From contig OZ024747.1 in the NCBI GenBank assembly GCA_964016885.1, forward strand, positions 54,808,001 through 54,872,000: a DNA stretch of 64,000 bases, given 5' to 3'. Under the pieces are notes generated by a model. That model did not search any database and had not been told where the DNA came from. It saw nothing but the letters and a program-made list of their open reading frames with translations. Below, piece after piece: positions 27,166 to 40,125 of the stretch. A program made the position numbers and the translations under genes. The stretch is from Eledone cirrhosa. Taxonomy: Eukaryota. Numbering within the stretch: position 1 is the first letter of the stretch; each line of letters starts with the position of its first letter.

Positions 27166-27366
27166 TTAGTTATACTATTTATGGTTATGTAAACGCAAAG
27201 CCTTAAGCAGTTGTAAGTATTTTACACACACCCTAAATAGTGGTTGGCAGTAATGTATTACTACCTTATTACCAGTAAGTTAAGTAGCTCAATGTAAAAA
27301 CATCAGATGATTTACAGAGCAGTTATATGAAATATAAGAATCAAAGAACTGTTCAAAACATTATTG

Positions 27367-27413
27367 TGCTTACAGCTGTTTCCTCCAAACCGAGGTTTGG
27401 ATTCTTCGGAGCA
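27367..27413 (-). ncRNA. Hammerhead ribozyme in the 3' pLTR (CCGAAGA core variant)
   Basis: TGCT-CCGAAGA-ATCCAAAC-CTCG-GTTTGGAG-GAAAC-AGCT-GTA-AGCA. Confidence 0.8.
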
Positions 27414-28839
27414 ATTTATTAATGCATGGACAGTTATATGACCTCCTTTTCAGCCGAGAGACATACCAATACATATTCAAACATTGATACATATTCAAAC
27501 ATTGTGGGTCAACATTCATTACAGAATTTAGAGTGGCAGTACACACTTTGAGATTACATTTATATTAATAGGTACAATCAAAAATCAAGGATATAGGTTA
27601 AAGTACAACATGAAGATAAGTGGTTATATAGTGCAAATGTTATATGTGTGGCACGCATGTGCGTCTTGTTTATATAGTGTGGTAGAGGCACTTAGGTGGG
27701 TAAATAAGAGTGTTAGGTTGGTAGATCTGGTGGCAAAGTCTTTATATGATTGATATAGTCTGTGTGTGGAGAAATATTATAAGCATTAAAGATAGTGCAA
27801 GCATTAAAAGTGTTATAAGTATTGTAGATGCGCAGCGCAGGGATGTCAAGTAATTCATGTACTTCGGCATTTTCATGGTCAAGGGAGTGTATATTTCGAT
27901 TATATGCCTTTCACATAATCCACGACAATCCAGTTAGAGATCGTAGTCTGGTGTTCTTTAGTTCGATACAGGAGGTTGTTACGTTTCGAGAAACGCCATT
28001 GAATACCGGAAGTGTGTGTGTGGCTAAGGGGAGTTAATGCATGCGGGGAGGTAACTCTGGGGTTTCTATATCTAGCCATTAAAATGTGTCCCAATATAGA
28101 CCCTAAATTCTATGGTGAGGTGCACCTTCCAAGAGAGACTTTTAAAGCATATAGTGTACTAACTATAGAGTAGTATAACTAAATTATGCTGAAGGTGATC
28201 ATATTATTATTAAGGTGGATTAACCCATCTTAAGGTGCTACAAATGGAAATTATAGATGATGAGCGAGGATTCTAAATTAATGATCTCTGTGGTTGTAGT
28301 CTGCTCATATGACCAGGCGCGGTGATTGCAGGATTGCTTCAGGACCCAATGATCTCTGGTAAGATCTGGGTCATCGCTTGCTACATTGGATGTCGAAAGG
28401 TAATCGTCCCCAGGCAGGCCAAAGGTCAATCCGCAGTCCTCGCGACCCCTCTCTGACCGTCAGATCATCCATATACGTACAACCCGCACGGCAGTTGCAT
28501 TGCATTCACTCACTGCGCTCAGCAGCCCGGTCCTACTGGTCAACAGCGCTACTCGATTAAATCATTTTACATCTGTCTAAGGAAGGTGTTTCCTCTGCCC
28601 AACACCATCCAACCGATCAATTCATGCTCAAATTACCCTTAGAGCGGTGTAGTGCCGTTCAAGTGGGTGGATGTTGTCACACCTGCCGTAGAGGTATAAA
28701 TGGGTATTTTCCCTGCGAAGGGTTCCAGAGGTATGTCGTTGTTTGTGTTATAATGGATCAGCTAGTGTTGGGTATGTAGTATAGGGTGTGTCTCTGGTGT
28801 TTGATGCTAGATGTGGTGTTAGGTTCCAGTCCGACATTG

Positions 28840-30843
28840 CTATATATAGGGCTTAAAGTTTTGGAAGGAATGTCTGAGGCGGTGCTGGCAAGTTGCAAAC
28901 ACCTCAGATTTTTTGTTAAGTAGGTTACGGTTGGAGAAGATAATATTGTGTGTCTCTAGTATACAGAGGTTACAGAATTTATTAGGTGGTTTGTACGAGG
29001 TCGCGCTGCCTATCACTTCCCATTTGAGTGTGTATGGTTTATTTTTAGATTTTAGATAGTGTATGTAGCTAGAAAGTGAGGTGGAGTTGGCTAGGCTGCG
29101 CTTTTTGAACGAGTGGATGTGCGAGTTATATCTGATTTTGAAGCAGTTAGAAGTGGAGCCTACATAGGTTTCTGAAGAGTTATTAGTCGTGACTGTGCAT
29201 GAGTATACGACATCCTTGGTTAGGCATTTTTTATCTAAAGGGCAGGTTCTATTAGTTCTACAGTTACAATTATTCTGTGCGTTAGTCCGCTGGTTATAAT
29301 GCAATGCGGAAGTCTGTGTGGTGGATATAGGATTTTGGGTGTTCGGGTTGACAACCCTGGTGTTATTACTTATACTAGTGTTATTTCTATTGTTACTGCC
29401 GTTGCTATTGTTGCTTGCTACAGTGGTATTTAGAGGGTCTGCATCCCGTTGTGATTTTGTTTGTTGGAAGTAAGAACTAATTTTACTATTATTGCTGCTA
29501 GCTATGTGGTATGCTAAGTTAGGCGTCGTAGAGTATGAGATTTTAATGGTGTTTTTGTTTAAGAGGTTGTGGTACTTGTGTCCTAGAGGGAAGTTTTTAT
29601 CTAGTAGTGAGAAGAAAGCCCTAGGTATGTTGGTGGAGACATTTAGGTTGAAAGGAGGGTTGAAAAATGTATTATTTCTTCTTCTATTTTTGCTTTTAGT
29701 GTTTGGTGTGTTGCTTCCTCCTAAGGCCTCACAGTAGTTTCCATGGTAATGGTTACTTCCGGTGGCACCCTCCGCTTTGGTGTACTTGTGGTTGCTATTC
29801 CTATTATTAGATTTCCTCATGGACATGTTGTGCGAGATGATGTTGTAGCTATGTGTTTTCTTAGGTAGGAACTCAATTTCTATATTATGGCCGGAGCTAG
29901 CTAATGCTTGATTGTAATATTGTGAGTTTTTGCTAAATATGTTTGCGTCATAGGACAGACTAGAGATTCTATTGGAAACCCCCTTAGAGATAGAGTTTAA
30001 TATTGATCTAGGGTGATTAGACTTGGTATCTACGTAAATAAGTTTCTCATTAGGCTTATGGAAAGGTGTATATATTTTTGAGTCTAGGTATAGTGTGGCG
30101 TCTAGGAAGTTAACATTTTTAGTGTTTTTGTCCATGGTGATACTAAGGTTAAAGTTTTTGAATGTCTTATGCAGTTGTTTTCTAGTTCTTTCTATATTAA
30201 ATTTTTTATATTCTATGAGTAGAAGTGCATCATCGCGGTACAAACCACCGTTGAGGTAAGGGAGGTTTTTATGGATTTCATTGAGGAGGTATAGGCCGAC
30301 CAAATCAGTGACCTGCGCCGAGTCACTAGATCCCATGGTTATGTCGAAGTTGTTGTGCGTATCCTTGCGTGTCCATAGTTGGTCCTCGAAGGTGATTATG
30401 GTTTTACGCGCCGCAAGGATGACATCAACCTGGGCTCTAGTCAGGTCGCTATTGGTCATGGCCATGATAAGTGCCTTATTTAATAGGATAGGGGAAATAG
30501 AGGTGTAGTATGAATTGATATCAAATTGAATAAATTTTTTGTTCTTATTATTCTTGATATCCTTAAACCATTCAATTACTTCACCCGTATTTCCCCATTG
30601 TTTAAGGTGTATCTTGTGTTTAATTTGTGGGATGATTTTATCCAAAATCTTCTTGCTGATAATACCAATGTCGGACTTGGAAGGGCAGATAAGTCTTATC
30701 GTGGGGTTGGTGATGAAGTTCTCCTTATGGTCCTTCAGAGAGAATCTAGGGGGGTTCGGAGTGAAAGGTTGTGTATGCCTCTGTAGTCCTAGTTTAGACA
30801 CTATATTATAACCCTCTACATTAATATCTTCTAAGTTTTTCAA
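28840..30843 (-). CDS. Penelope-like reverse transcriptase + C-terminal GIY-YIG endonuclease (main portion)
   Basis: RT motifs KDHK..IRLICP, FIQFDINSYYTSI, FDITMGS, GLYRDD and VNFLD. Linker CNCx5CPL. Endonuclease motifs VVY..YVG, R, CNLC..E and LLN. Confidence 0.95.
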   Translation of the reverse strand: MKNLEDINVEGYNIVSKLGLQRHTQPFTPNPPRFSLKDHKENFITNPTIRLICPSKSDIGIISKKILDKIIPQIKHKIHLKQWGNTGEVIEWFKDIKNNKNKKFIQFDINSYYTSISPILLNKALIMAMTNSDLTRAQVDVILAARKTIITFEDQLWTRKDTHNNFDITMGSSDSAQVTDLVGLYLLNEIHKNLPYLNGGLYRDDALLLIEYKKFNIERTRKQLHKTFKNFNLSITMDKNTKNVNFLDATLYLDSKIYTPFHKPNEKLIYVDTKSNHPRSILNSISKGVSNRISSLSYDANIFSKNSQYYNQALASSGHNIEIEFLPKKTHSYNIISHNMSMRKSNNRNSNHKYTKAEGATGSNHYHGNYCEALGGSNTPNTKSKNRRRNNTFFNPPFNLNVSTNIPRAFFSLLDKNFPLGHKYHNLLNKNTIKISYSTTPNLAYHIASSNNSKISSYFQQTKSQRDADPLNTTVASNNSNGSNNRNNTSISNNTRVVNPNTQNPISTTQTSALHYNQRTNAQNNCNCRTNRTCPLDKKCLTKDVVYSCTVTTNNSSETYVGSTSNCFKIRYNSHIHSFKKRSLANSTSLSSYIHYLKSKNKPYTLKWEVIGSATSYKPPNKFCNLCILETHNIIFSNRNLLNKKSEVFATCQHRLRHSFQNFKPYI

Positions 30844-31301
30844 GGTGGTTTTTTTGTGTAGCTTTTATGTAGTTCATTATATATAAACTTTCTATAAGTA
30901 ATATAATCTAGGCTGTATATGTTATTAGTTTTATCTGCGTGTACAATAATTTTATTACTAGTTTTGAATCCACTAATAGAAGTGTTAAGTTTGTTTAAGA
31001 AGGTGTTGCTTCTAATATGGTGCTTATTGTATTTAATGTTCTTAACTAGTTTAACTAGGTCATTTTCAAAGGAGTTAAGTAGAGTGTTATGAGGGGGGCT
31101 TTTAAAGGTTTTAAAGCCGAAGGAGTCAAAATTGTTAGTATTATTCAAGTTGTTAGATTTGTTTCTATCATAATGGAATGTCCTCCATCTCACTCTATTG
31201 ATAAATGAATTTACACTGTTGATCAGCAATTTCTCATATGTATTCCTGGATGGTATTGGTATGTTCTTGGTTGACATGGGGAGTTGGTCTTTGATTAGCA
31301 T
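30840..31301 (-). CDS. N-terminal portion of the same Penelope-like ORF, offset by a -1 frameshift
   Basis: STKNIPIPS, FINRVRWR, FGFKT, FENDL and ADKTNNIY motifs, typical of the N-terminus of this group. It overlaps the next ORF just after an A7 run. Confidence 0.9.
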   Translation of the reverse strand: MLIKDQLPMSTKNIPIPSRNTYEKLLINSVNSFINRVRWRTFHYDRNKSNNLNNTNNFDSFGFKTFKSPPHNTLLNSFENDLVKLVKNIKYNKHHIRSNTFLNKLNTSISGFKTSNKIIVHADKTNNIYSLDYITYRKFIYNELHKSYTKKPP

Positions 31302-31550
31302 ATTGGCAATATTATATGTCAGCTCAACGATATGGAGCAGTTAATAGTATTAGTTATACTATTTATGGTTATGTAAACGCAAAACCTTAAGCAGTTGTAA
31401 GTATTTTACACACACCCTAAATAGTGGTTGGCAGTAATGTATTACTACCTTATTACCAGTAAGTTAAGTAGCTCAATGTAAAAACATCAGATGATTTACA
31501 GAGCAGTTATATGAAATATAAGAATCAAAGAACTGTTCAAAACATTATTG

Positions 31551-31597
31551 TGCTTACAGCTGTTTCCTCCAAACCGAGGTTTGGATTCTTCGGAGCA
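31551..31597 (-). ncRNA. Hammerhead ribozyme in the 5' pLTR
   Basis: Identical to 27367-27413. Confidence 0.8.
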
Positions 31598-32601
31598 ATT
31601 TATTAATGCATGGACAGTTATATGACCTCCTTTTCAGCCGATGACCCAGATCTTACCAGAGATCATTGGGTCCTGAAGCAATCCTGCAATCACCGCGCCT
31701 GGTCATATGAGCAGACTACAACCACAGAGATCATTAATTTAGAATCCTCGCTCATCATCTATAATTTCCATTTGTAGCACCTTAAGATGGGTTAATCCAC
31801 CTTAATAATAATATGATCACCTTCAGCATAATTTAGTTATACTACTCTATAGTTAGTACACTATATGCTTTAAAAGTCTCTCTTGGAAGGTGCACCTCAC
31901 CATAGAATTTAGGGTCTATATTGGGACACATTTTAATGGCTAGATATAGAAACCCCAGAGTTACCTCCCCGCATGCATTAACTCCCCTTAGCCACACACA
32001 CACTTCCGGTATTCAATGGCGTTTCTCGAAACGTAACAACCTCCTGTATCGAACTAAAGAACACCAGACTACGATCTCTAACTGGATTGTCGTGGATTAT
32101 GTGAAAGGCATATAATCGAAATATACACTCCCTTGACCATGAAAATGCCGAAGTACATGAATTACTTGACATCCCTGCGCTGCGCATCTACAATACTTAT
32201 AACACTTTTAATGCTTGCACTATCTTTAATGCTTATAATATTTCTCCACACACAGACTATATCAATCATATAAAGACTTTGCCACCAGATCTACCAACCT
32301 AACACTCTTATTTACCCACCTAAGTGCCTCTACCACACTATATAAACAAGACGCACATGCGTGCCACACATATAACATTTGCACTATATAACCACTTATC
32401 TTCATGTTGTACTTTAACCTATATCCTTGATTTTTGATTGTACCTATTAATATAAATGTAATCTCAAAGTGTGTACTGCCACTCTAAATTCTGTAATGAA
32501 TGTTGACCCACAATGTTTGAATATGTATCAATGTTTGAATATGTATTGCTATGTCTCTCGGCTGAAAAGGAGGTCATATAACTGTCCATGCATTAATAAA
32601 T

Positions 32602-32645
32602 TGCTCCGAAGAATCCAAACCTCGGTGAGGAAACAGCTGTAAGCA
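32602..32645 (+). ncRNA. Third HHR copy, in the inverted segment, with a 3-nt deletion in stem II
   Basis: TGCT-CCGAAGA-ATCCAAACCTCGGTGAG-GAAAC-AGCT-GTA-AGCA. Confidence 0.6.
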
Positions 32646-32825
32646 CAATAATGTTTTGAACAGTTCTTTGATTCTTATATTTCATATATATATATATATA
32701 TATTTTCCATTTATGTGAGGGTTCTAAACCCCGTTATCAAGCTAAAATTCCTTTAATCAAAAATACGGTGAAAGCTATATATTTTCTAATTTCAAACTCG
32801 CTTACTGTTTCAAACATACTTACTT

Positions 32826-32887
<62 letters not shown>

Positions 32888-32926
32888 GACACATACAGCA
32901 ACCCACACACATATATATATATATAT

Positions 32927-33008
32927 AAACCGAGTTTAAACCCAGCTGATGATCCGAATAAGGTGAAACAATTGATCTCGGAAATGGTGAACTAACTGTT
33001 GTTGAACT

Positions 33009-33012
<4 letters not shown>
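32927..33012 (+). mobile_element. Short (TA)n-embedded element with a minimal HHR motif (11214 family)
   Basis: AG-CTGATGA-TCCGAATAAGGT-GAAAC-AATT-GAT-CTCGG..ATGGTGAACTAACTGTTG matches 11286-11345. The triplet is mutated to GAT. Confidence 0.8.
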
Positions 33013-33047
<35 letters not shown>

Positions 33048-35954
33048 TATATGTATCACATATATCATATTGATTATGCATTTACATGTATATTCTAAAC
33101 AAAAGCTCATTTGTAGGCTATTTTTCCATTTTTCTGGTTTTTCAATTTTCTGTATACAAATTTAGTATTTTCGTTTAGTTAAACTTATTTTCACTTCAGA
33201 ATAATATTATAAGTTAGATCATTCCATATTCATATCTCATATGATCAGTGCAATCCTATACTGCATAGATTGTACTTTTCAACTGTCATTTATCAATATG
33301 TGATTACTATTCTCTCTATGCTAATTGCATGGCAAATTTATTCCTATGTTTACCAGTCTAGTCACCGTAGCTTAATCATAATATCTGTCACGTTACATTA
33401 GGTCACTTTTCATCAATCTATTCCCAAATCACATATTTCTCATTTGTTAGGTATCTTTCAGCCACTTCTAGTCAGTGTATTAAGTGAGGCTTTTGAAGGT
33501 ACACCATCCACTGTTATTATGTCATATCTGAAAACTAAATCATCATAACCCAATTTTCACAACATCTTATGATAGTACATCAGTTTTAATTCTCATAACA
33601 ACATAACGTTATTAACAGAAGCCGTTTAACATGTGATAGCTTCTGTCTCCGGTCAATTACAACTGCATTAAATTAAGTTTGATATATGGAAATACAATTA
33701 AAGCTACTTACTGTGTTGTATGGAAGTTTCTGGAGAAGTATGTTTCAATTTGGTGAGATCAGCAGCCATATTGGCTCTACTTCGACCATTTTGTTTTTGA
33801 CTAATTCTTATCCACCGCATCGTAGCTGAAACCAATAATGTCTTAACCCCAATGATCTCAAGGTCTCTCATACTCTAAATTAGAGTTCCAAGAATTATAT
33901 CCCTATCAGTTCAACTGTAGTATATCAGTTAATAGAGTGCATTATTGAGGTTTGTCTTTCATATGGTGTATTAAGATTATGTCTATATTATACATCCACT
34001 ATCATTTCTGTCCATCGTTACACCGATGTTTCACACTACCACTACTAGTTGAATCAGTGGCTTTACAAGAAATATAGTTTTATTTTCAAGTGTTTGTCCG
34101 TAGAGAAACTAGTCCCTATATATATATATATATATATACATATGTAATGGTCCATATGTATTGTCACGAAATGTAGATATAGAAAATACCCAGTATATGT
34201 TCACATCCATGTATATCGTGATTACCCTTTGGGTACCATTTTTAAACTCATCATGTTTGCATATAATTGGTGATGTTTTGTTAATAGTCCACGTCATGTA
34301 AAAGCGCAGTTGTTTTGCTTTCAAAATCTCTCTTGAAATCCATATCTAATTTTAATGAATATATCATCAGAGCTTTTAGGCACTAGAGGAAATTCGTATA
34401 CCACATTTCTAGGACTTAATAATCCATGACCTGGACCCTTGGCTTTCAAATATTTTGGGAATCCTCGGGGACATCAATCATTCAGCTTACTACAGCAAAT
34501 ATATAACTAACGGTCCTGAAGTCTCTGCGGATCTCTATGTTTCAGCCGATTCAGAGTTGACAATATACAGCCCTTCCACAGGCTCTATGCTACTTCCACA
34601 AACTAAATATAAAGGGGAAATAGTTTCTACTACCATTGATGATTATGGTAACATTAAAGAGAAAGCAAGAAACCTCTGTCAAAGACGCAGAAGGACACTG
34701 TGTAAGAGAAAATATGATGTTATTACTTTTCCGTCGTCCTAAAAACACATAGCCCCGAAACCAATTTGGAATTTCTTTAGGAAATTATTCTACGATTTAA
34801 ATAGCCCTTAGTTAGGGTTTAAATGTATTTTGAGAACTTAGCTTCGAAATCTAAATTTTCCAGCCTGTTATACACTTTAAGAGTTCATAGGTGACTTCAC
34901 AAGTTTTTTCCATTATGAGAGATGATTCCACGTGAAGAATATGGACAGTCCCTAACATTGAAATGTTTAAAAAGAAAATCAATTTATTAAACATGGAAAA
35001 TGCAGTAAAACTAAATCTGCGGGGGAAATACATAGGTACAAAAGCACTAATTGTCGGTTAGTATCCCATTTAATGCTGTTCTTACATTGCTCTGCATCAT
35101 GATGGGAATAAATCCGAAAGAAATAATACACGAGTTGAATGGTCTTTACATAGAATTTAGAACGTATGAAGGTATAAAGGCAATAGGTGTTGCATAGCGT
35201 AAATTCTACTGATATAACAGACGTAGTTCTAATGTCTGACGTAAATATCCCAGAGGAATGTATCTACGATGTGTATGGTCTTTAACTAGATTTTAAAAGG
35301 CCCTAGAGTACTGTCGTAAAATAGATGTTCCCAAGATAACGATATAATTGTCACATAGTACTATAGAACACATCAAAATATTATTTTACTACAAACATCT
35401 ATCTTGTCATGATCATCAGTAAACATTTAATATAACTATTACCAATAGAAAATTAAACAGTCTTTACAGTCTCTGATTCTGAATCTCACCCCGACATTCG
35501 ACATCCAGTTCACACTGCGTATGTCACCACCCGCTAACGCGTGTTTAATAAACCGTGAATATTCACAGATTTTCCCCTTCTTCTCTGCTGTGTATGTGTG
35601 AAGATATTTGTTCTGCTAGAGAAGACATTGTTCACCAGTCAAATAAACCAACATGAAAGCGAACTATAACAAGAGAAAATTCTTCATTCAAAGTTAATAG
35701 CGAATACATTTGAATATAATAAAACTACACAGACATACATACGTATAGACACGCACACACACACGCACACGCACACGCACACGCACACGCACACACACAC
35801 ACAAGCGAAGCCTACACACTCACACATATGTACAGGGAGAAAGAGAAAGAACGAGAGGGAGAATGAGAGACAGAGAGAGTGAGAGAGAGATTGACATTGT
35901 AAAAGAAGGAATAAAAATATGCTTACATACCTATATACATATACACCTATATAT

Positions 35955-36004
<50 letters not shown>

Positions 36005-36026
36005 TACATATATATATACAAATACA

Positions 36027-36131
<105 letters not shown>

Positions 36132-36152
36132 ATAATAATAAATTTGAAGACT

Positions 36153-36220
<68 letters not shown>

Positions 36221-37952
36221 CCAGACACAAATACACAGACGCATAGGCACGAGCACACGGGCACGGGGAACACCCTCCACATACATATTAATTGTTTTGA
36301 AACATGTGGTGCAGGCAATAACTGAAGATAAATGGCTTTAACAGTTTCTAGTAATGGAACATATATTCACATAGAATTCCTTACTAAATTAATTTCTAAA
36401 TAGAATTCTTCGGTAAATAGTTTTCAATGAACAACCACATTTACTACCACTACTCCTACTACTGCTGCTATTGCCATTGCTATTGTTGCTAGAGCTGATG
36501 GTGATGGTGATGATGACGACGACGATTGTAATAATAATAATGTTAATAATGATAATAATAACAATAATAATTGAGATTTTGCAATAAGGGTATTGTGGGA
36601 CACATTAAAAATAATGATAATACTAATAGTAATAATACTAATAATGCTAATAATATTAAATAATGGTAATTTTGGCACGAATGAAAATAAATATAAAGAA
36701 TTAGAATGACTAAAAATTAAATCATTCAACGGAAATGAGCATTTGTCAATGGCAGACGTTGATAATTCTAAAGGAAAATGGTGCCACTATATTCCTTTCA
36801 TATTAGAAATAACTTATGAGATGCAATCTTTACCGATCGTAGTACTTTTCATTAAATACAAACACCCCACTTCTCATTAACCTTGTCATTATAACTACTT
36901 AGAACAGTATGTTGTTAGGTATCGATTACTATATTCGTTATATGAATAATGTTTATTCTCTAGCCGCATGGATATTATAGAAATATTTAATTTTTCATAA
37001 TTATTCGCTTATCTAACACATCCTCAGAATTAATAATTCTTCCTTTCATTTGGTCATCTATTTACTCAATCTGTCTCTCGGAAATGCAAACTTTAAGAAG
37101 AATGTTGCTTCATAGGCCCAAAGGTTAGAATTACACAGACGTTATCAAGGAAGTTAATAAGGAGATAACCTAAAATAGCAACAGACTAAATCTTGAGTCT
37201 TGTTTTTTCGTATGCCCAACATTTTCCTAACCGCAGTATGTAAGGATGTGGTTTGGAGACCCGAGGAAACACATATCCCTCCCGTTAAAGATTCGATAAT
37301 GAACTTATCAGAGAGCCTTAGGTGCGTCAACAACTCTGTTGGTAAAAAGAATCTTGGGTTTGCCACGGAAGAATATTTATTAGTCTACTTGAACATAACA
37401 GTTTATTTCAGATTAATGACTTCCACTTGGTTTCCGGTCAGATTTCATTGGTTTGAATGAAGCATGGTATATCATCAACATGAGGCGTTGCATTTCAAAG
37501 AGACAAAACAAGTAAATAATCGACGTAGTATAAAAACGCAAGGTGTCAATGAAGAAAGATCCACGTGGTTGCTCGTCTTATAGAAAATATCAGCCAAATA
37601 TATATTTATATCCAAACCTTTGATTTACCCTGATCAAACACTATGTATTGTTTATCATAAGAAACACGCCTTTGCGAAACCTCGATTGTATACCGACTGC
37701 TTCTGTTTGGTTCTGATGATGTTAGTGGCAATGCAGAACTGCTTTAAGCCTGCCCTTGTAACCCAGTTTATATATCATCTAGGAATAGTATATTATTTAT
37801 GGTAGCATAAATAAAGGCTTGTAGCCCGTTGAACATTCTGGTGATCTGGCTACAATCATATCGGAAGCCCAATACTTCATTCGCCACTGCGACATCACAC
37901 AAGTTAGCTAACTGCTGGATTTGTACCAGAAACACGGCCATGTTTCCGGGAA

Positions 37953-38014
<62 letters not shown>

Positions 38015-38172
38015 ACAAGTTATCGTTTTAGGTAATCCAGTTAGAGATTGTGAGTACTCTGTACTATGGATAGTTTTAACGTATGGCGTTGTTCGACTCA
38101 ACAAGAGGTTTCCTTAGTTAGGTAACGAGTTTACGAGAATTCCCATGTAGGTTATCATTAGGGTAATAATAG

Positions 38173-38420
38173 GGAAAGAGTGAAGAATAACATGGTCGGC
38201 TGTACAAAAAGGCTTTTCTTTATAGTATTAACAAGTGTTTCATTGATCAGGTGAGTCTAAAGGCCGGTGATCACTCGAGATTGCATCGCTCGACCTTAAA
38301 TACAGCGTGTCTCTGAACAAATCATGTGACGCAATCTCGAGTGATCAGCGGAAACAATTGTTAATACTGTAACTAAAAGCCTTTTTGTACAGCCGACCAT
38401 GTTATTCTTAACTATTTCAC
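38173..38420. mobile_element. Foldback element with HHR 3' half
   Basis: Arms ~38173-38286 and 38331-38420. GAAAC-AATT-GTT at 38351-38362. Confidence 0.75.
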
Positions 38421-38454
38421 TATATATATAGAGAGAGATAGCTATATATGAGAA

Positions 38455-38961
<507 letters not shown>

Positions 38962-38970
38962 TACATATAA

Positions 38971-39003
<33 letters not shown>

Positions 39004-40073
39004 AATATACGCCGTGGAGCCGTGTTTAAAATAAGTGTATCCAATATTTTCTCCTAAAGAATCCCTTCCTCGCCTTTTAGAGTAAAGACGAGATTAAAGT
39101 TCAAGGGTTCATGGCCCTTTAATATATTGAAACAAATCATCCTGAGATCTACATGGAGGGGGGGGGGGTAGATGTTTTCTAGCTGGATCTTCACAATCTA
39201 ACGTCCAAAATTTCAGCTGGGCTAACCTCGAAAGGAACACAGATGAGGGTAAGTGTGTCAAACTCCCTCATACATCAATAGCCATATATGTTATTACAAT
39301 ACTTTCCATTTTAATCCACCACCCCGCTACAATGCGTTGAATGAACTAATATTTTCCCCATATATAAATTATACGAAGTTCGGCTGTGACTTATATTAAT
39401 AGGTCGTTTTAATTTTAACTTTAGAGCAAAGTGAGTCACAATAATTATGAAATACCTGCAGTGGATTATTTTTTGTTCTATAATTTTGTATAGAATAAAT
39501 AAAACACTTTTAAGAAGCTTATTTTTACTTCAGATTCTTGGAGAAACTAAGAGAATTATGGTGGATTACATTGTAAACATCCTTAGTAATAGGAACAATA
39601 GCTCAGCTAGAATGGATATTCAATGTTCGGTTAATTCAATATGTATATATATATATATATATATTTCAAAGGCAAAATAACCAAAAAATATGATATATTT
39701 ATAGATAAAAACTCGAAACAAAAAATATCGAAATATCTACTACGGTATTGTAATAATAAACTGAAGAGGACATAAAATAAAAAAAAATATTTTAGGGGAA
39801 GGTCGCTGACTTTCTATACATCATAAACTTTGAAATGAGTGTAACGAATATCTCCATGATAGCCTCTCTCTCTCTCTTCAATATTACCATGATACCGTTC
39901 AGTATTTTATGATTGTATTTCAGTTCACCGTACGCCCCGTGGTGTACACATGCATGAGAATACATGCATACATAAAAACCTTCATACATGCACACGGACA
40001 TATTTGCATACACATACATTGACACACACACACACAGAAACAGATATATACATATACATATATACATATATAT

Positions 40074-40125
<52 letters not shown>

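Larger units (their letters stand above)
27160..32688 (-). mobile_element. Young Penelope-like retroelement (Naiad type) with partial-tandem pLTR and 5' inversion, inserted in (TA)n
   Basis: Direct repeat 27160-27457 = 31344-31641 (one mismatch seen). Segment 31639-32688 is the reverse complement of 27324-28376. An RT+GIY-YIG ORF lies between, with (TA)n on both flanks. Confidence 0.96.

Noticed and set aside
27828-28094. Duplicated small ORFs (also 31921-32187) as accessory genes
   Set aside because: They are duplicated only because of the element's inversion. They are short and have no recognisable motifs.
30834-30842. Selenocysteine read-through of the TGA ending the upstream ORF (some Naiads encode selenoproteins)
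   Set aside because: Read-through gives AAA ACT TAG, a stop two codons later. The RT continues in a different frame, and the main ORF has no in-frame TGA.
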